A DNA stretch of 64,000 nucleotides, from NCBI GenBank assembly GCA_010093605.1, contig MU004190.1:1310961-1374960 (forward strand). Reading direction: 5' to 3'. Shown in pieces: positions 11,977 to 24,832 of this stretch. The first letter of the stretch is position 1, and each line of letters opens with the position of its first letter. The position numbers were made by a program, and so were the translations under genes. This DNA comes from Lophium mytilinum (taxonomy: Eukaryota). The notes beneath the pieces are model-generated. The model saw nothing but the letters and a program-made list of their open reading frames with translations, had not been told where the DNA came from and made no database searches.

Positions 11977-14900
11977 TCAGTCTGGTAAAGCTCCGGCAGA
12001 TTCGTGTGGAGGTTCAGGGAGATCGGGTTTCTCGACTGGAGCTGCTAGCAATTCTGCAGAGTCGAGTTCGATTATCGGGGTAATGGGAGCTGTTGAAAAT
12101 TCTAGATCCATGTCTGCAGTTGCTGCAGGTATCGACGCGACGAAATAACTCGCCGCTTTTGGTAGCGGTTTGGAGGGAACGAGGTTTCCGATTGGAGGAG
12201 CGGGAGATGTTGAGGAGAAGGGATCTCCAACTGGGCTTGCTGGAGATGGCAGATAGCTGAGACCACGCGATGATGGCTGTGTAGATGTTGGAGAAGCGAG
12301 ATTACTATCTGTAGGTGCTGGAGACACTGGTGAAACAAGATCACTCATCATGTGTACAAGGTCTGCGGCCTTGAACGGCTTCTGCATGACGCGGTCCTAG
12401 AGGGGGTTTGTCAGTATCGAAGTGTGTGTATCAGGAAACCTTAGAGCAGAAGACACTACTTACAGCACCAGCCACCATAGCAGACTCGATTTGCTCCTGG
12501 CGCACGTTCGCGGTGACAGCGATGATCGGTAGTGGGGAAGGCACAAGCCCTTTCTCTTGTCTTTTTCGGATTTCCATCGTACATTCGAGCCCGTCCATGA
12601 TAGGCATTTGCATATCCATCAGAATAACGTCGTATCGCTTGTCCGTCAGACAACCCAGAGCCTCGAGACCATGGTTGGCGACATCTACAATGCAGCCTGC
12701 TTTCTCCAACTGCTTCTTCAAAACGGTCTGGTTGATGATGTTATCCTCGACTAGCAGAACCTGCAAATGATCGCTGTGGATAGCTCCTTTAGTCCTGATG
12801 CTGGCAGGCAGAGTTTTAGCGCGGACAGACGCACGTCAAGCTTTCACATAGAAGCCAAATGTGCTACCTTCTTTCGGAGTAGAAAGGACCCCAATTTCTC
12901 CACCTTGCTTCTCGGTAAGTTCTTTTGAAATGAAGAGCCCAAGACCGGAGCCGCCGTATTTTACGTTGGTTCTCACATTAGCCTGCCGGAATCTCTCGAA
13001 AATTTTGTGGACTTCGTTCAGATCCATGCCGATTCCAGTGTCCGCGATGAGGAAAGTCACGTATACTGGCTCTCCGTCGCCCCACTCGGGGTTGGTGGTA
13101 ACGTCGTCCGAATTTTTGCCCTTCTCAGGCCAGTGCATGCCCTTAGGGAATGTTTGACGAGGGTTAGAGAATGTGGCGCCGTATCTGATCTCAATTTCTC
13201 GCTTGGTCCTGGTCTTTACAAACTTGATGGCATTGGTCATCAGATTAATGAAGATCTGAGTTACACGTGACGAGTCAAGGCTGAGATATTCGATGTCGAG
13301 ACCGGCAATAGAGCTTTCTGGCACTAGCGTAGTCTTTATGGCATGGGTTCTCAGCTCTGCTTCGAAGATGGACGCCATAGATGTGACTAGTTTGGGTAGT
13401 TTGACGATGGAGGGAGTGATCGATAAGAGCATGGAATCGAGCTTGGACAAGGTTAAGACATCGTCGATAATGCGTTTTTGGTGATTAGCGCATTGCATGA
13501 CAATGTTAGCCGCTGCTACATTTTCCGTCAACTGCCTCAAATATGGTTCGGCGATTTGATGACCGCCTAAAGCAGATTGGCATTCGTCCAACGAATTTGA
13601 AATGCTATCAGCACAATGGACAATTGCTGAGAGAGGATTCCTCATTTCGTGGGAAACAACATCGATGAAGGACTCCTGCTCTGAGCAGATAGTTAGCTTT
13701 CGAGTAGATAGTAGGCGAATGTTGTCGCACTCACGTCGCTTCGCTTCTTTCGCGTCTTCTGCTAATCTGGCTTGCCATGACTCGGCCCATTTCAACTGAC
13801 TGATGTCTGTCGTGCAAGCCATTATTGACTTTATCTCTCCGTTTTCCTTGTAGGGAAAGGCAACAATCTGGATTTGTGCAGGCTCGGGGTCGCCAACTGG
13901 TGGTTTATAGCGACGCTTTAAGCGGACATCAACGCTGAGGTAGCCTTGGCCATCCTTGGACTTTCTAAATGTTTCCGCAACCTTTGTCTTGTCTTCTTCC
14001 TATAGGGCGTCAGTCACAATATGCGCTACACGCAGCAAGTTAACGTTACCAGATAAACTTCCCAGAATGATTCTTTCGTTCTGGTTGTGGCCGCAGTGTA
14101 TCCAGAAAGGACGTAGTATTGCTCATTAGCCCAGAGAATGTCACCCTCCAGTGAGCAATGCACCATGCCGACGGATGCATGCTCCACTAGATGGCGGACC
14201 TTTAGATCATTGAATGCGAGATCGTTCTCAAGCTGCTCCTGTCGTTTCTGTAATTCTTCCGTGTTGATCGCGGCAGTTATCACGCTCGAGACCATTCCAC
14301 CTAGGTCCTTGAGAAATTGCTCACAGGCGTGGTCAAACGGCCTGCATGGGTTCGTGCCTATGACGAGAAAGCCGAAGTTTCGTGACCCGCTCAGAATAGG
14401 CAAAATTGCAACGTTCTTAGCAGGTCTCTCGAATCCACGCCAAGATATGCCTTTGAAGCGTTCGTCGTCCTCTTCATATTTGATGACGAGGGATTTCGAT
14501 CCAGCCTCCTTGAATTGGGGGATTAAGCCCTTCCCGCTGTCTATACTTTCATGGTCCACCAGAAGTTGGTGGCCTTCTGGCACCCCGATTGCACCTTGTA
14601 GTCTCAGTGTTTGCTTCCCGGGTTCGAGATCTTCTTCAGTTCGGTATAAGATAGCCATAGGTATGTCGTATCCATTCGTCTCGAGACATTCAAGGACGTG
14701 TCGAAAGACGCGGTTCGGGGTCAACTCGGTAGTAGAGGCAATCAGGTTGAGCGTGTTGGTCCGACGCTCGACGAGCTTTTGATTGGTGACCTCGAACAAG
14801 GCGTTATAAAAGCCCTCGTGTAGGCCGTTCGCGTCCCAACCGACTGGGGTGAAGTTCCCTGTAAAGAATGCTCTTCCTTCGTTAGCACGACTGTTGTGTG

Positions 14901-15442
14901 AAGAATGCGCAGTTTCAAGCTCACTCTTCCTCCCACCCGTTCCGGTGAACCATCATTGGGGCTTCAATCACATCTCCAGCAACTCCAGTCTCTTTGGCGC
15001 GCTCGAGTAGCGGGAATATGCCCTGCACGAGCTCTGGGAAACCCTCTGCAAATGTTGAACCCATCAGCCGGGGGTGGGCCTTCGCTGCGAGTGGCACAAA
15101 GTGCTCATTGTAGATGGCTACATAGTGAGGGCCCCTGAAATAGTTAGTTGAGAGCACGGCGGTACCGACAGCGGTATTGAAGTGGTACCAGTATAGGGTA
15201 GCGGGTCGGGAGTCTGCGAAGACCATGCGGCAGGCCATGCGCAACGTCGGGTGCCATCCTTCGAGGGGACCGAGACGGGATTGCGCCCAGTTCGCCGTCT
15301 TGAAGAACTGTACATGGTCGGTGTGTGGCAGATCGAGAGTCCAGTCTCGCACGGCGTTGCGAGGGCCCATGAAGGGTTGATCGTCGCTCTCTGCAGGCGG
15401 GGTCGGGGGTGGAACCCGGTCTGCTTCAGACTGTGCCTTCAT
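11977..15442 (-). CDS. Hybrid histidine kinase (PAS/GAF-like sensors, HisKA, HATPase, REC) with one in-frame TGA at 12838-12836
   Basis: H box SHEMRNPL, N box NLMTNAIKF, DTGIGM, GGSGLGLFIS; receiver LLVEDN...DVILMDMQMPIMDG...KPF. Canonical introns join all segments in frame. Confidence 0.88.
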
Positions 15443-16367
15443 CCTCCCTGGGTCATTTCGTAGCGCGTGCGTCGCGTAATGAAGCTCCTGGGTAATAGTA
15501 TTCTAGAAAGAAGAGTTGTAGACACGGTAGACAAAAGCACTGTGTCCTGAAGTGAGTGGAAACGGCATCCTCAGCCTCCACGTGACTTGTGGCTATTTCT
15601 GTGGGTTCGCCGGCACCCCGTTTGGGCCAGATGACATGCAATGAGCCGTTGATTTGACGTCTACAGATCCTCAACTTTCTGCGGGCCCGGCAGCGCTACT
15701 CAGAATCGTCGGGTCACTCTAGCCGACAGTTCCCAATGTTCTTGAGCCGAAAGGGCCGAATCTAGTCAGATTCTGACTTTTTTGATGAGTTTATATACTC
15801 TCATGACTCGGCACGCGTTTTAGAGCTGGGAGAAAAAGCAACCACGCGTGTTGGGGGAGGCGGACCAACGTCCGTCGTACTTACGTCAGGCATAGTGATC
15901 AACTAACTACTTTATATTCAGAGACCGCTTGGTGGAATCGACTAGAGCCCTACAAAAGAATACCTTTCAGTCTATTACACTCCTTTTCGTAGCTTGACGC
16001 GTTGAAGACGAAGTATCACAAGAACTCTAGGCTTTTTCAAGTTTCAAAACAGGTTTCCGTGTCTGTTACACGAAGAAAAGCAATCCACAACGCTATCACC
16101 CTCGATGTAAGATCTGAGATAGAGGAAGAGTTTTGCGCGGATGATGATCACTTCTTATATTAATGCTCAGGACGTAGAGCGGCATTCGCCTTGAACATGC
16201 ATTAGGGGAAAATCTCTTCGTGTACCAGGTGTAGAAGACAAGTATTGTAATAAGTTCAAGCATGCCACTTATTACATAAACTCTCGGTCTAGTACCTTCA
16301 ATCGTGTCGCCTGAGCCCTCCTTGACTTCTCTCTTATTCCCAAGCCCCGGGTATCAATATCGTATCT

Positions 16368-16737
16368 CTAAGTCCGATCCCGTGCTTTGAGCTTATGAGT
16401 AGCGATGATGTCCCTCAGCTCTTCAATCGTCTTCGTTTGCTTCTGAATGGTCAGATCCAATGCCTTGAGCGTCTCGTCACGGGTATCGGAGGCCCCTTTC
16501 AGTATCCGGTCCAATCGGTGCTGCTGCTCTCTGATCAGCTTCTCTTAAGCCCCTATCTCATATTTCTGCATGTCGATCTGCTCATCTTTCCTCCCAAGCT
16601 CGCGCTTGCTCGCCTTGATCTTTTGTCTTTGCCTCTTTATCTTTCGATCGCGAGTATCCAGAGCTTGCTGGAAAATGTCCATGTCTTGGCACCGACGATC
16701 TGCTTGACGATCTGCTCTCAAGCACCACTCGCGATCT
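16368..16737 (-). pseudogene. Coiled-coil ORF fragment with internal stop
   Basis: MDIFQQALDTRDRKIKRQRQKIKASKRELGRKDEQIDMQKYEIGA*EKLIREQQHRLDRIL...LTIQKQTKTIEELRDII; TAA at 16547-16545. Confidence 0.5.
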
Positions 16738-18360
16738 AAAAAATGCGAGGGTCTTTGGTTGATGGATGTTGATCGCGCGATGTAAGTTCTTGGATAGTGG
16801 TTCAGTCCTTCTTTTAGTCTTTAGCTCCGATATTTCTCAGTGGTTGAAAACGCTTACCTCTTGAGGCTGGCGCAAATACTACCACTTGCTTATCGGGGAT
16901 GGTGAGATGAAAGAATGGCGTGTGGAAGGAGAGGGCTCTGATATACGTGTATGAGAGTGCCTGATGAACAGAAGTGAGACTTCGCGGCGATAGGAGAAGC
17001 ATCGCGAAGCAAGAAAACTTTAGGCGGCTTATTTGTGCAGTGCACGTGTGTATACGGGATCAACCATTAAAACTCATCAACAAGGAGCATCTCTAAGATG
17101 GATAGAACCACTGAGAAGGCGAAGCGCAATCGAAAATCCACCCGAATATAACGAAAGATCGATTGACGTCGCTACACCATTGTGATGTGCTGCCACAGCA
17201 TTAAACTCATCACCACAGCAGTATTCTACTTTCCAGCCATGAAAAAGCAACTTTGGCATCTTTAGTATGATTGTAGGGTATACTCTACAAGACCTCCTCG
17301 ACTTTACTGGTTTGAGGGGGATATGATCGATCGATGGAGATCATGTGAATGTCACGTGTTAAATCACTGTCAAAGTGATATCACTGTATCTTCAATCGTG
17401 TTTCAAGGTCGCGTGCAGCTCCTCATTCAAGACTTACGTAATATCAAGCGATGAAACACCCCATAGCACTTGAAACGCTGCCCCAAAAAAAGTTCAAACC
17501 CATTAATCTAGGATCTATAGATGATGCGCGAGGAGCCTGATCTACTAACACACCTCGCAGGATGTCTTGGTGGTGAGCAGACAGGAATGGTTTATACTTA
17601 TAATTGCTGGGACGGAGAGAAGTCTGCTAAACGCGAGGAGCACGCTAGTCTAGTGCATGTGGCATGTGGAGATGCCTTTCGATGCGGCTTGTAGATCTCG
17701 ATAGACACGCGGCAATCGTCTTGGCAGCCACGGGCGGATCCTCCGGCCCCTGCTTACTCCTCCAAGCTGATGCTGTCACACTGTCTATGTCGAGAGTCGA
17801 GATGCGTGCGCACAGCTTACCTTCTTCAGCCAAAGTTGCGAATATCATTGATTTGAGAAGAAAGACGAGAAAGCGAGACGCCGAGATGCAGATGCGGAAC
17901 GCTCGGATGGTCGATCAAGTCCCGAATTGCACACTAGGGGATCCATCCTGCTTACCCTTTTGTGCGAGCAAGATTATTGGTGTTGGTTGTGAAATGCACA
18001 TGAAAACTTCGGTTTTCGGTGTTTACGCACGCCGATGTGCCCAGGCTGCAAGCGTCTGAGCGTAGTAGACATTTGTCCCAATGGATGGTTGAGTGAAAGA
18101 ACTGTGACGTCAACACTACACCCCTACGGCGGTCATCAATATCGGACCAAAAAGTATGGACGCCCACACGCTATGAACTTTGGCACTCTCATCAAGTAGA
18201 GCCCCGCCGCGTCGTTGATGCTGTTCCATCAATGCCGCTTCAGTAACTACTTCACCAGTTACCTATTTCCTACTGTCCCCTTCTGGTAAGGAGCTATCCC
18301 GTGTCCTTAATATTACGACGTTTTTCTAACGCAATCTAGGGACTCACGCGCGTTCGCACG

Positions 18361-21300
18361 ATGTCAAATCGCGATGAGCGTCCCACGCCTCACGTGGAGA
18401 ATCTTCCTGGAGGATGGATTGAGACTCCGGCGGATCCAAGCCGTCAACAATCGTATATTGGCTCTAGACAGTCTGCGACTACTACTTTAAGCAGCTCAGA
18501 AGCAACTGGAACGGCAACACCCCGACCTGTAAATACCGGAACATATCTTAATTACGATGGCGTCGCTAGGACGCCAACATCTGAGACGGCACCATTCACC
18601 AAGGAGACTTCGGCTGCCAATGACTCCTCCAATGCGAGCACAGCCGTGCCGTCGCCAGGAGAGGCAGAGAAACGCCACGAAGCGGGTGGCATTGCTACGT
18701 ATCACGACCAGCACTCTGCCGAATCTATCGCTACTGAGCCCAGAGTTGAGGAAAAAGCGGAGGACTTCAGCGACAATGAGGAGGGTTTCGCAGCCATCAA
18801 ACCGGCGGCATCTGCTTCCAGGCGACCTGGCCTACAGAAGACCGCGTCAGGGAGACCAATAACGGAAGACGACCTTTTCAGGACCTTGTCGAAGCGGCGC
18901 ACAAACACTTTAGGTCGCATCGATACTGCCGAGTCTGATGACGAGGAGCAGGAGGAGATCAACCGTCTAATGTCACGTATGTTTGGTCGTACTAGGCAAG
19001 AGCAATCCGAAGATGAGAAGACGCGACACGTCGGCGTCGTGTTCAAGCATCTCACCGTCAAGGGTATGGGTCTGGGTGCAGCACTTCAACCATCTGTGGG
19101 AGACTTCTTCTTGGATCTTCCCCGGTTTTTGAAGAACCTTGTCACGAAAGGTCCTCGAAAAGCGGCAAACAAACCACCAATCAGGACCATCCTTGATGAC
19201 TTCTCCGGATGCATCAAACCAGGAGAGATGTTATTAGTTCTTGGTAGGCCTGGAGCTGGATGCAGTACATTCCTCAAGATTATCGGGAACCAACGTTTCG
19301 GTTATGAAGACGTCCTGGGTGATGTTACATATGGTGGCACTGACGCAAAAGAAATGGCCAAGAAATATCGTAGCGAAGGTACGTGATTGTCGAAGACATC
19401 TCGCGACAAAAATCTCTTGAAACAACCATCAGCTAACACGTTCAGTCCTCTATAACCCGGAAGATGACTTGCACTACGCTACTCTCAAAGTCAAGGAGAC
19501 TCTTAGCTTCGCTCTTAAGACACGAACGCCCGGCAAGAACTCACGAAATGAAGGAGAGTCAAGAGCTGACTACGTCCGAGAGTTTCTACGTGTAGTTTCG
19601 AAGCTATTTTGGATAGAGCACACGCTTGGAACCAAGGTCGGGAATGAGTTTGTTCGCGGTGTATCTGGAGGAGAGAAGAAACGTGTCAGTATTGCGGAAG
19701 CTATGATCACCAAAGCTTCGGTACAGTCTTGGGATAACAGCACCCGAGGTCTTGATGCAAGCACTGCGCTGGAATATGTGCAGAGTCTGCGTTCCCTGAC
19801 CAATATGGCCCACATCTCGACCAGCGTCGCACTTTACCAGGCTGGAGAATCCTTGTGGGATCTATTTGACAAGGTCCTTCTGATTGACGAAGGACGTTGT
19901 TGTTACTTTGGGCCAACGGATCAGGCTGCCGATTACTTCAAGAAGATGGGCTTTGTGCAACCTGTAAGTGTTTTTCTGTCCTTGTTAGGCTTCCTTGGAA
20001 ACATGGTGGCAGTCTACAATTCCGTGCTGTGCTTTTGTACGCACATCCAGCACCGCTTGAGGTCCTCTCGTACACTATCAAAACTTGCAAGGCGACCACT
20101 TTTGCACACCTGGTAGCTTGCTGAGCCACCTCAGACGGTGTTGAACTGTCACTTCATCTTCAATGGCGCTTTTTATTTTGAGTTATGAGCTGATTGTATT
20201 AGGAACGCTGGACGACGAGCGACTTCCTCACTAGTGTTACCGACGAGCACGAAAGGCATATCAAGGAAGGCTGGGAAGATCGCATTCCCCGTTCTGCGGA
20301 ACAATTTGGCGATGCGTTCGTCAAAAGTGAGAGACATACGCAGAATCTAGCGGAGATCGAAGAATTCGAAGGAGAGACCGCCCGGATGGCTGAAGAACGC
20401 CACGCAGCTCAAACGAAAGCCACGAAGAAGAAGAATTACACTCTGAGCTTTTCCGCGCAAGTCATGGCTTGCACCAGACGCCAGTTCCTGGTCATGACGG
20501 GTGACAGGCAATCCCTTATTGGCAAATGGGGCGGTATCTTATTCCAAGCTTTGATTGTTGGAAGCTTGTTCTACAACCTCCCTAAGACAGTCGCCGGAGC
20601 TTTCACGCGAGGTGGTGTTATGTTCTTCATGCTTCTCTTCAATGCGCTGTTAGCTCTCGCCGAGTTGACTGCCGCATTCGAGAGCCGACCCATTCTTCTG
20701 AAGCACAAGAGTTTCTCGTTCTACAGACCTGCGGCATTTGCAATCGCGCAAACAGTCGTCGATGTGCCGCTTGTTCTCGTACAAGTTTTCATTTTCGACG
20801 TCGTGGTTTACTTCATGGCCAACCTCCAACGAACAGCATCGCAATTTTTCATCAGCTTATTGCTATTATTCATTTTGACGATGACGATGTACGCATTCTT
20901 CAGGGCCATTGGAGCATTGGTAGGGTCTCTTGATGCTGCTACGCGGATTACCGGTGTCGCTATCCAAGCACTGGTGGTGTACACAGGCTACTTGATACCT
21001 CCGCAAAAGATGCATCCATGGTTCTCCTGGCTTCGCTGGATCAACCCCGTCCAATACGGCTTCGAAGCGCTAATGGCCAATGAGTTCTACAACCTCGAGC
21101 TCGAGTGCGTCCCTCCATACATTGTTCCGATGGTCCCAAATGCCGACGTTCGATACCAGTCATGTGCTCTCCAAGGTAGCACTCCCGGAAGTTTGACCGT
21201 CAACGGTGCCGACTACATCCAAGTCGCATATCGCTACTCGCGATCGCACTTGTGGCGCAATTTTGGCTTCATTTGTGCCTTCTTCATCTTCTTCGTAGTT

Positions 21301-23649
21301 CTTACTGCGGTCGGAATGGAGATTCAGAAGCCCAATAAAGGTGGCGGCGCAGTGACAATATACAAGAGAGGACAGGTGCCGAAGTCTGTGGAGAAGGCTA
21401 TGGAGGACAATGCCCAGCCAAGAGATGAGGAGACTGGGAAGACCGAGACTGCTGGCGCGGGTGCTCCCAAGGACGAGCCGACTAGCGAGAGTGATAATGA
21501 AGCAGCGAAAGGCGTTGCCAGGAACGAGACAATCTTCACCTGGCAGAACGTTAACTACACGATTCCTGTCGATAAGGGCGAACGAAAACTGCTCAATGAA
21601 GTGCAAGGATACGTCAAGCCCGGCAAGCTCACTGCTTTGATGGGAGCGTCAGGAGCGGGTAAGACGACTTTGCTCAACACTCTCGCACAGAGGATCCGAT
21701 TCGGTGTCGTCACGGGGGACTTCTTGGTCGATGGCCGGCCGCTCCCATCCTCGTTCCAGCGGTCTACTGGTTTCGCTGAGCAAATGGACGTTCACGAATC
21801 TACTGCGACGGTCCGAGAAGCCCTTCGATTCTCCGCAAGGCTGCGGCAACCCAAGGAAACGCCCCTGGAAGAGAAATACGACTACGTAGAGCGAATCATC
21901 GATCTACTTGAAATGCGTGAAATCGCTGGCGCTGCTATCGGCAAGCCCGGTTCTGGCTTAAACCAAGAGCAACGCAAGCGGGTCACCATCGGCGTTGAGC
22001 TGGCTAGTAAACCCGAACTACTCATGTTCCTCGACGAACCTACCTCTGGATTAGACTCCGGAGCGGCCTTCAACATTGTGAGGTTCCTCCGCAAGCTCGC
22101 GGATGCCGGCCAAGCTATACTCTGCACGATTCATCAGCCATCCTCCGTCCTCTTTGAGCATTTCGACCAACTGCTACTACTGAAGAATGGTGGTAGCACT
22201 GCTTATTTCGGCGAGCTCGGCCACGACAGCCGCACACTACTGGACTATCTCGAGAGAAACGGCGCGAAGAAGTGTCCTCCGAAGACGAATCCGGCGGAGT
22301 ACATGCTCGAAGCAATCGGCGCTGGTAACCCAGATTACAAAGGACAAGATTGGGGCGAAGTGTGGGCCAAATCTCCTGAAAATGAAAAACTATCGCAAGA
22401 AGTGCAGGAGATCATAAGCAGCCGCCGCAGTGAGTCCGCGAAGCACAACACTGGCGACGACAGGGAGTATGCGATGCCATGGGCGACTCAAATGTCCGCC
22501 GTCATTCATCGGAGCTTTGTGGCTATGTGGAGGGATCCGGCATATATTGTGTAAGTTTTCGCTCCTACCTAGAGATATCGTCGCTAACTTCTGTAGTGGA
22601 ATGTTCATGCTCCATATCTTCACTGGTCTCTTCAACACGTTCACGTTCTGGCATCTGGGAAATAGCCAGATCGACATGCAGTCCAGGCTCTTCTCTGTTT
22701 TCATGACACTGACTATCTGTCCTCCACTTATCCAGCAACTACAACCGCGTTATCTCAGCATGCGGTCGATATACTCGTCACGAGAGGGCAACTCGAAGAT
22801 ATACTCTTGGAGTGCCTTCGTATGGGGAACCATATTGAGCGAGATCCCCTATCGGATTCTAGCCGGCACCATCTATTGGTGCTGTTGGTATTGGGCTACG
22901 TGGTTCCCGAGAGATACCTACACTTCGGCCAGCATCTGGCTCTATGTCATTGCGTTCGAACTGTTCTACCTTGGGCTCGGTCAGGCAATTGCTTCGTTCG
23001 CTCCCAACGAGCTGCTGGCCTCGCTGCTGGTACCGCTATTCTTCACATTCAGTAAGTGCCACACAACAACCTCAGCATTCCAGCCACTAACATGTTCCAG
23101 TCGTCAGTTTCTGCGGTGTCGTGGTTCCATATGCAGCCCTCCCATACTTCTGGAGATCCTGGATGTATTGGCTCACACCCTTCAAATACCTGCTAGAAGG
23201 CATGTTGGCATTAATAACTAATGGCGTTCCCATTCGCTGCGACGCCTCTGAACTCGCGCTCTTCCCTGCACCACCGGGCCAAGACTGCCAAACGTATGCT
23301 GGCTCCTTTGCAGCGCAAACGGGTGGTTACGTGCAGACTCAGCCAAACGGAGACTGCGGGTTCTGCCAGTACTCCAACGGGACGGCTTTTGCGGCGAGCT
23401 TCAACATCGAGCCAAAGTATATCTGGCGGGACTTTGGCATCTTCTGTGAGTCCATACATTAAGATGGCGTAATTGAAAATGAGACTAATACTCCCAGGGG
23501 CCTACATCTTCTTCAACTTCGCCGTCGTCTTCGTCTGCTCGTACCTCTATCTCGGCGGACTCCAAAAGATCAAGGACGTCGTCAGTCCAACAGCTCGGAG
23601 GAACAGGCGCGAGATGCAGAAGCGGCAGCGCACAAGCGAAAAGGCGTAG
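18361..23649 (+). CDS. Full-size PDR/ABCG multidrug ABC transporter
   Basis: NBD1 GRPGAGCSTFL, VSGGEKKRVSIAE, WDNSTRGLD; NBD2 GASGAGKTTLL, LNQEQRKRVTIGVEL, FLDEPTSGLD; two TMDs; several GT-AG introns. Probable 5'UTR intron at ~18286-18339. Confidence 0.96.
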
Positions 23650-24832
23650 GTGTGGGGACTGGGGATTGTTCCGCCGGCCGCGGACGCAACTTGCAGGGGT
23701 TGGTTTCAGGAGCTTCCTCGCTCGGAAGGGCCGTGTCAGAATTGTACATACATGACTTGTTGGATGCGCAAGCGGTGTAGGATACGTTGAGAGTGGCGTG
23801 TGTAGAGCGGTAAACAGAGAGCTGCATATAGCTCGACTAATTCTAGACGTGACTTTAATAGCTCGTTTGTGAGACTAACACGTGTGTTCGGCGGTGGTTT
23901 GAAGGATGATGCATGCGCACGAATCAAGATCGGCATGGTAGGGAGCGGGCTTGGCGGAGATGGCGGGGAATGACGATAGCAGCTCACGATAGTGGCCCTG
24001 GCTCCCTGGCGTTGGGAGGCAAAAGCGTCTCGGACGTGCAGGCAATCTAGACGCGCTCTTTTCACGCCGGGGCGCAGCAGCACTCGGACAGATGGCATTC
24101 GGGTGCGCCGCCCCGTTAATTGGCCCTTTCACCTCCATCCCGGCTGCGAGAGACTCTCCAGCCTGGCCGTCCCGAGATGCCCCATTCCCCAGATGCTGCT
24201 TCCGTCGTCTCTCTACGAGGGTGGTGGATGGGCGTCCAACTCGGCTAGCGGCCCTGCCGTTTGCAGCAAACTCGTGAGAGCTGGCGGGCAGAATAGCGGA
24301 AAGCGTCACGGGCCTGGGTAAAGGGCACAGTACATTGGCACGCCTCGAGAATGCGGGGAGCTCTAATTCCAACAAAGCGCCTCAACTGCCAGACCGGCGA
24401 ACGTGACGTCTCCCGTTGGCTTGCAGCTTCCAGCGCTGCCGCTCTGCTGCCCCGCGTGCGCTCATGCGGCCACCACTCACAGCGGTGTCATTATGTCAAC
24501 GGCAGAGGCTTCGAGCTGCAACATCCCATGGGGTCATCTCTCCTCACCCGCTCATGCCCAGCGCGCACCGCCTGCTCCAAGCCCTCGCCCGTCCACTTGA
24601 ACGCATAAATACAGCCGAAGCGGCCATTACAGCGAGCCAGCGTCGTCCCGGCTTCTCCCCGTCACCGCTCGGAAGATTCAGGAAGCCTTTCCACGGCTCC
24701 CATCCTCGGCACGACCCTCACCACGCCGCCGCGCCCAATCAGCACCACGCAATAGCTCTAGGAGCTGCTCTGCCTAGCTTGTTCCGAGCCAGGACGCTGT
24801 CGACGCTGAGGCTTGTTCCGACAAACGACGAT

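Noticed and set aside
13680..15190. Two stop-free in-frame (~54 nt) introns read through by the ORF track in the kinase gene
   Set aside because: Both have donor, branch and acceptor signals; treated as ordinary introns, with no evidence for retention.
23875..24800. AcuK/AcuM-type CCG-N7-CCG site in the PEPCK promoter
   Set aside because: I found CCG/CGG pairs only at other spacings (6, 8, 9); a lone CreA-like GCGGGG is too short to call.
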